Notes under the pieces: generated by a model | What the model saw: the letters and a program-made list of their open reading frames with translations, nothing else | The model's database searches: none | What the model was told of the DNA's origin: nothing | In this document: positions 57,746 to 64,000 of the stretch, one piece after another | Numbering within the stretch: the first letter of the stretch is position 1 | How the letters are laid out: the number at the start of each line of letters is the position of its first letter | Program-made: the position numbers and the translations under genes | Source of the DNA: Nemertoderma westbladi | Lineage: Eukaryota; Animalia; Xenacoelomorpha | Direction of reading: 5' to 3' | NCBI GenBank assembly: GCA_032718475.1 | Contig: JAUCBJ010008864.1 | Coordinates: 62,001 to 126,000, forward strand | DNA: 64,000 bases

Positions 57746-60573
57746 AGGGAGACCATCGTTGCTCATCAAACCAGCACGCGTTTATCAAGTGTTGCTGCTT
57801 TAATGCCAGGTCACTGAAAAACAAATTGTCGGACTTGGATGAGTTTCTATCCACTACCCTGTATGATGTGATCGCGATAACGGAAACCTGGGCCAATGAT
57901 TCTATTTCTGACGCGATGTTGTCTGGCAGCAAACGTTTCCGGGTCTTCCGGCATGACAGACACGACCGGGTGGGGGGTGGAGTGGCCCTCCTTGTGCGGA
58001 ACTCGATAAAGTGCATACCTGTAGCACTTCCTCGTCAAACTACGGACATAGAAGCTGTAGCCATTGACCTCATTGACGGCTCTTCACGATTAATATGCGC
58101 TTACCGTCCGCCACCTGTTCCCAGCGTTCCTGACACTACTACCGGACTTTGTGAAGCTCTCAACATCCTGTGCGACACCAACAAACCGTGTGTGATCACT
58201 GGCGACTTTAATCTGCCGCTGTTCGATTGGACTGATGTTTCCCACCCGGACAACGATATCTATAACAACTTTTTTAGTTTCGTTTTGGAATCAGGCCTCT
58301 CGCAGGTCCAGTACGAGCCTACCAGAGGTGACAACGTTCTAGACCTTATTTTTACCACGGATGACCATTTTGTCTCGAGCGTTTCGACGGCTGCTCCATT
58401 CTCTACGAGCGAACACGCCACTGTGTCCTTCGATATAATTGGTTCACCTCAGTGTGACAGCTCGGACACCTCTGCGCCACGTGGTTTTTACGATTTCGCA
58501 AATGGTGACTACACAGGTTTTAAGTCATTTATGAGGTCAATTAAATGGGAAGAAGAAGAGTTTGCTTCATGTAGAACAGTGGACGATTTCTTCCTAGCAT
58601 TTAGCAAGGTTATGAAAAGTGGTATAAATACTTATATTCCTTACAAGGAATTTTGTAACGATAGCAACCAAAAGAAGTACCCTCATTACGTCAAGATTTT
58701 ACAGAAAGCAAAGAAACGCTTGTGGCGCAGGCGTCACTCGGAAGGCGGTATGGCTGCGTATAAATGTGTCGCAGCGCAAGCTTCCCGCGCCGCTCACCGT
58801 GCTGACTGCGAGCGGGAAATCCGGATTCTCAGTTCTGGAAACACAAATGCGATCTTTCGGTACCTGAAGAAAAATAACTCCAACAGATCGGACATTGGCC
58901 CCCTGAAATACAAAGGTGAAACAGTAATTGATGACGAAACTAAGGCTACCATTTTTTCCTCTGTCTTTTCAGAAAATTTTACCCCTGACAATAATGTGCC
59001 TTTAAATTTTAACCGCAAAGTACCCTATAATGTTAATTTATCTTCTGTTGATTTTAATCCTGTAAATGTTTTAACTTTTTTACATAAACTAGCTCCGAAA
59101 CACAGTTCCACCCCGGACGGGTTCCCGGCTATTCTATTTTCTAAACTAGCTTGTACCATAGCAGCGCCCTTATCAGTTATTTTCCGTGTCTCTTTTGAAT
59201 CGCACGCCCTTCCATCTGTTTGGCTCACTGCCTACATTATACCTGTATTTAAAAAGGGCGATTCATCAGACCCTTATAATTACAGACCTATCTCCCTCAC
59301 GTGCATAACCTGTAAGATAATGGAAATGATAATTAAAGATGCTTTGATAAATTACCTGTTAACAAACAAATTAATTACCCGGGCACAACACGGTTTTTTA
59401 AAGAGAAAAAGTACATGTACACAATTATTAGATTGTCTTTCCGATTGGTGCAAACTTATAGATAAGCGTAAAAATGTTGATGTAATATATGTAGATTTCT
59501 CTAATGCGTTCGATTCTGTCGTACATAGTAAACTTCTGTGTAAATTATCGGGGTATGGTGTTTGTGGGAGTCTATTAGATTGGTTTAAAGCATTTTTATC
59601 CAACAGATCTCACCAAGTTTTGGTGGGCAATATGTTTTCACAGGTTTGTGCAGTTATCTCTGGTACGCCGCAAGGCAGTGTTATCGGACCTTTACTTTTT
59701 ATGTTATTTATCAACGACTTACCTGACCTTCTTTTACCAGTTAGTGCCAAGTTATATGCTGATGATGTGAAAATATATTCCTCCTCTGATCAGCGAAATT
59801 ATATTGTCACTGCTCTTCGGCAACTGGAGACTTGGGCGTCCGAATGCCAGCTAAACTTAGCTGCTCATAAATGTTTTGCGGTTTATATTGGTGCGACTAA
59901 TCCTAAGCATATATATTTTTTAAACAGTGCTGTGCTTAAATCTGAATCCTCCTGTAAAGATCTTGGCCTTTTAATTGCCCCTGATCTCAAGTTTAATATT
60001 TACTGCAAGGCTCAGGTTGCGAAAGCCTTTAGAGTAATTAACATGCTTTTTAGAAACATTGTCTCCACAAACAAGTCGGCTTTACTAACAGCATATAAAT
60101 CTATGGTGCGTCCTCTACTTGAATATTGTACCCCTGTGTGGTCTCCGTTTACAAAGAGATTTATAAACCTCGTGGAACGTGTACAACGGTACTTCTGTAG
60201 GCGACTCTTTCTTAGGTGCAATCTGTCCCCCGCTACTTATATTGATCGCTTACATTTTTTGAATTTGCAGCCGCTAGAGGTACGTAGACATGTTTTCGAT
60301 TTAAAGATGGTCTACCGTATAAAACACGGACTGGTAGATCTTGAGAGCGCCCAGTACTTTTCTGAGCCGCCTCGTTCAGGTCTGAGAGGCCACAACCAAA
60401 AGCTTTTTGTACCTCGCTGTCGGCTGCAGATATACAAACATTATTTTTCAAATCGTGTTGTGCCGCTCTGGAACTCCTTGCCGTCTGAAACTGTTGGTGC
60501 AAAATCAATTTCAATATTTTCTCATTTGCTACTTGATTTCGATTTTATGCCTTTCTGTAACTTTGATATCTGA
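57733..60573 (+). CDS. CR1 ORF2p: APE endonuclease plus reverse transcriptase (frame open from 57727; no AUG before the first APE motif)
   Basis: FNARSLKNK, ITETW, GGGVA, YRPP, GDFN, LDL, SEH; NYRPISLT, QHGF, DFSNAFD, GTPQGSVIGP, YADD, LEYCTPVWSP. Confidence 0.92.
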   Translation, partial: GKPVKGDHRCSSNQHAFIKCCCFNARSLKNKLSDLDEFLSTTLYDVIAITETWANDSISDAMLSGSKRFRVFRHDRHDRVGGGVALLVRNSIKCIPVALPRQTTDIEAVAIDLIDGSSRLICAYRPPPVPSVPDTTTGLCEALNILCDTNKPCVITGDFNLPLFDWTDVSHPDNDIYNNFFSFVLESGLSQVQYEPTRGDNVLDLIFTTDDHFVSSVSTAAPFSTSEHATVSFDIIGSPQCDSSDTSAPRGFYDFANGDYTGFKSFMRSIKWEEEEFASCRTVDDFFLAFSKVMKSGINTYIPYKEFCNDSNQKKYPHYVKILQKAKKRLWRRRHSEGGMAAYKCVAAQASRAAHRADCEREIRILSSGNTNAIFRYLKKNNSNRSDIGPLKYKGETVIDDETKATIFSSVFSENFTPDNNVPLNFNRKVPYNVNLSSVDFNPVNVLTFLHKLAPKHSSTPDGFPAILFSKLACTIAAPLSVIFRVSFESHALPSVWLTAYIIPVFKKGDSSDPYNYRPISLTCITCKIMEMIIKDALINYLLTNKLITRAQHGFLKRKSTCTQLLDCLSDWCKLIDKRKNVDVIYVDFSNAFDSVVHSKLLCKLSGYGVCGSLLDWFKAFLSNRSHQVLVGNMFSQVCAVISGTPQGSVIGPLLFMLFINDLPDLLLPVSAKLYADDVKIYSSSDQRNYIVTALRQLETWASECQLNLAAHKCFAVYIGATNPKHIYFLNSAVLKSESSCKDLGLLIAPDLKFNIYCKAQVAKAFRVINMLFRNIVSTNKSALLTAYKSMVRPLLEYCTPVWSPFTKRFINLVERVQRYFCRRLFLRCNLSPATYIDRLHFLNLQPLEVRRHVFDLKMVYRIKHGLVDLESAQYFSEPPRSGLRGHNQKLFVPRCRLQIYKHYFSNRVVPLWNSLPSETVGAKSISIFSHLLLDFDFMPFCNFDI

Positions 60574-60989
60574 TATTATTACTTTATCTGATATAATTTA
60601 ATTATGGATCATATCATCCATGGTCCAAATTTTAGTTTTACTTATACCCAATTTCTTACCGTCCGTGAGTGTAGCTGAAATGATTTTATTTCTGAAAATT
60701 TTTATAAATCCGTTTTTCTTCAAAATTGTTATTGCTGTTTTTACATGTGTTTTCATTGTATCGTCCGAAATTCTACATCCTACTGTATGTATACTCATAA
60801 ATCTACTGTATGTATAGTGAACTTTAAACCTACACTGTAAGTGCCTGGTGCCTAGTGGTGGTCTCCCTCTAACGTGTTTTATTTGTTTGTATAAATTGTT
60901 GTATTTTTTACCATTAAAGAGCGCTAATAATAATCGTGGTTAAAATATGGACACTATAGTATAATCTATTGTAGATTGAGAAATCGATG

Positions 60990-62950
60990 CAGGGGCGCCG
61001 GAAGCAAATTTGTGCGACTGGGGCAGTCTGGGGACTAAAAATCGATGGATATACAAAGACTATTATTATATACGTTAATCACTAATTATATTCAGTATAG
61101 AGCAGTTATTAATTAATCTTGGTGTGCTTTAGTCATAAAATTTTAATTGTCCATTATTTTGTTGAGTGTAATCATGATAGAATAAAATTGTTGTAGGTAA
61201 TAATTATAAATTGTTACGTTATGAAAAAAAAAAGTAATGTGTAGTTAGTCCCACCAGACAAGCACAAAAACGATAGTTGCATTACTACGAATGATTTATA
61301 ACGAATTGTATGTAATCAGCCCTACCTTGAAAACTAGTATATCTTCAGAATAAGGCCTACCATACCAAAGTCAAAATTTAACAGTTTTTAATTTTTTTGT
61401 AATGATTTTTTGTGTAACTTTTACTTTTCGTTCTGGGGCACCATAATGGCACCCAAAATTGAGTTTACATTACCAGAAATATTTGTTTACTAGTTTCTAG
61501 TTTACTAGTTGGATACTACAGTAATTTCATCAGGATCAGCTACCTCGAAAACCCGTATACCTTCAGAATTATCAAACCAAACACAAAATTTTTTTTTGAC
61601 ATTTTTCTACTGATACTTTTCGTCATGGGGGAACAAAATAGCACAAAAAATGATGGTTGCATTTTTTAAACAGGTTCTATCGCCAATTACGCAGTAAAAT
61701 AGACGGGGCCAGATAAATAAGTAGTAAATAAGCTACCCTGGGGCATTATTGCTGACCTATGCTGCATTTTACTTTTGGCAAAGGAATTGGATCACCATTA
61801 TTGTGCTCCATGTACCACTTCTTTGCTGTTTCAACAATGCTGCAGAACTTGGCATATTTATCGTCTGATCGCGCCTGCAGCCGATGCAAGACATGGTCAA
61901 CTTCCTATATAGCTGTGATGGGATCCATAGCACTTCACGCTTTTATCTCACCCAGCCTCGTCCAAAGAATATGAACTGTTACTACAAGTGTGGGATTGAT
62001 GATGGCATTGCAGATTGCCAGATTCATGATGCTGAAGAAATAAGAGCTGCAGAAATCTAACACATTATTGCGACTCTCAATAAAACGTATAGACGTTTCT
62101 TGCTTTTCTTGCTGTTCTGGATTGTTTGAACCTTTTGCTCCTCAATATTTAATTCTGTCTCTTCAAACATTCTAGTCTTCCACACTGAATGAGAATTTAA
62201 ATTTGACACACCTTGTATTGCAATGTGCACTGCCTTCACTTCATGGATGACCTTATTGCTGCTGATTCCAGGCTGTAGCAGTGCACAAACATATCATATG
62301 GTGCTTTCAGGTGAATGTGAGCTTGCATGTCGCTTTCATGGCTACTCATGAGAGAAACTCTATCGTAGCCTTGAGCAACAAAAAGCCTCTTATCCAGCTG
62401 CAGGTGTCCTGCTTCTAGTCATTGTAACCAAAATTATGTATGTATGTATTTATGTATGTATATTGGCATCAACAACAACAACAATATCTGCTGCATTTTG
62501 ATCCTTCAAGTCTATGAAGCTGACAAAACCTTATTGACTTCACAGTTTGAGTCGAGAGTCCTGACATTCGCTATTCAATTGATGATTTAGTTCAGGATGG
62601 TTGGTGACAAACAGGTAGCATTCTTCAGACAGTTGGACTTCAACTTTGTGAGTTTTTGAATCACATACACAACGCTTCTGCAGCAGACTATGCTGATTGC
62701 CCTGTGAATTCTATTCTATTTCATTGGTTGTGATTGAAAGTCATCCGGGTTCTTCTCTATGAGCATGAAGGGCAATGATCAATGTGCCACAGAACTCGAC
62801 CTTGTGAAGTACTGACCCAAACATGTACCTGTTGTTATCCAGTTTGACAGATGCAGAAATGTAGGATTGGTGGGAAACATCACCTCCTCCTTAAATCTTT
62901 CGCTGATGCATTACTAGATCAAATACATAAACTGCATTGTGGTGGTAATC
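60990..62950 (-). mobile_element. Heavily decayed hAT (Tip100/ZMYM1-like) transposase with a candidate terminus CAGGGGCGCCGG at 60990
   Basis: Minus-strand remnants EFCGTLIIALHAHRE (~62790) and VAQGYDRVSLMS..FVHCY (~62380-62270) match the CGxxxIALRGH and QGYDGAxxMSG..YVHC motifs. Confidence 0.65.
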
Positions 62951-64000
62951 ATGTCTAATACTATACAATACTGTAATAAATTAATACTTTTTATCTCCGT
63001 CACTAACTAATCTTCAACACTATCACTGCTGCTCTGCACTCTGCAGTTTGAGAGTCTCGAATAGTCCTAGACCTGAATACAGTTTACTGCTAAACACTAA
63101 CACCAACTACTATACTGTTAAACAATGTCTGTCTGTCAGAATGTATGGGAAGGTCTACCCTAGGCCTTACTAGTGTACATAGTACTACATAGAGTAATCA
63201 GCCCGAACATGGTACTTGTTGGCAGCTATATTCCCCAAAGAGACTCCCCGTACTACACACTACACAGGAATTGTGATGTACATTAGTTTTGATTATATTA
63301 TTACAGTTGTATAATTATGTAGGCCTACTTACATATGTTGCATATTTAACAGTTTTGCCGTGCATATAAATTGCTCATTATATTTTATCTTGTCTTCGCT
63401 CCAACCTGGACATCATTGTAAGGACAATTCCTATGTAGACAATTACCACGTTTTAACAGCAATTCCATACCGGACAATAGATTCAATGTGAATTAACCAA
63501 CTGTGGTGAATAATTCATTTGGTTTTTCGATGAAAAACACTCAAAGGAATATAATTAGCTGCAGCAAACATCCCCAATTATATGTTACATTTGAGCTGAT
63601 TTCTTTTAATATTTAATTGACTGAAGCTATATTGTCAGAACGTACCAGTAACCTTGATTGGTAATGATTAATCTTATTTTTGTGCCATTATTAACATACA
63701 TTATGCGCAATGATGATATGCGCAATTGTATTAATGCAAGGCCTTATTTTTTTAAATTTGAAAACTATCTAATTAACAACAAACTTCTCGTGTTGCGACT
63801 CATATTATGCATAAATATAAAAAATCTGTTTTTTTTTGTTTCAATATGATAGGTAATTAAAATGTACGACCTTAAATAAGAAATCAAAACATATTTGTGG
63901 CGTTTTGTTTATTAACACTTTTTTTTATATATAAATACATCGACTGGCCTAAATACAGATTTTAATTTAGAATAAATTCACCATTGACTTTAGAAAATAT

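Larger units (their letters stand above)
56445..60934 (+). mobile_element. Apparently intact full-length CR1-group LINE (LINE E)
   Basis: Uninterrupted ORF1 and ORF2, a 3' UTR and an ATTAAA...(TAA)n tail at ~60913-60934. 5' boundary approximate. Confidence 0.9.

Overview
Gene-poor, AT-rich eukaryotic (metazoan-type, probably invertebrate) DNA made almost entirely of transposable elements, with no recognisable intact host gene, rRNA, tRNA or CRISPR. Main contents: (i) an internally deleted BEL/Pao LTR retrotransposon with two near-identical LTRs (9783-16571) and an unknown extra ORF; (ii) a 13-kb nest of four LINEs (17471-30400); (iii) a 27-bp minisatellite joined to a degenerate Ty3/Gypsy (Mag-like) element; (iv) an intronless HECT E3-ligase pseudogene; (v) a second, 5'-truncated BEL/Pao element on the minus strand (~39400-51260); (vi) an apparently intact CR1 LINE (~56445-60934); (vii) a decayed hAT transposase and several MITE/MULE-like elements. 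The best candidate for an undescribed system is in the second BEL/Pao element. In the env position it carries a ~810-aa ORF (41287-43727, one frameshift) with a WRN/EXD/Mut-7-like DEDDy 3'-5' exonuclease domain and C-terminal CCHC zinc knuckles, followed by an array of five 70-nt hairpin repeats. A second notable signal is a conserved G_GGA_AAC slippery heptamer joining ORF1 to ORF2 in two divergent CR1 families. All calls come from reading motifs by eye; no searches were run, and boundaries without a TSD or terminal repeat are approximate.
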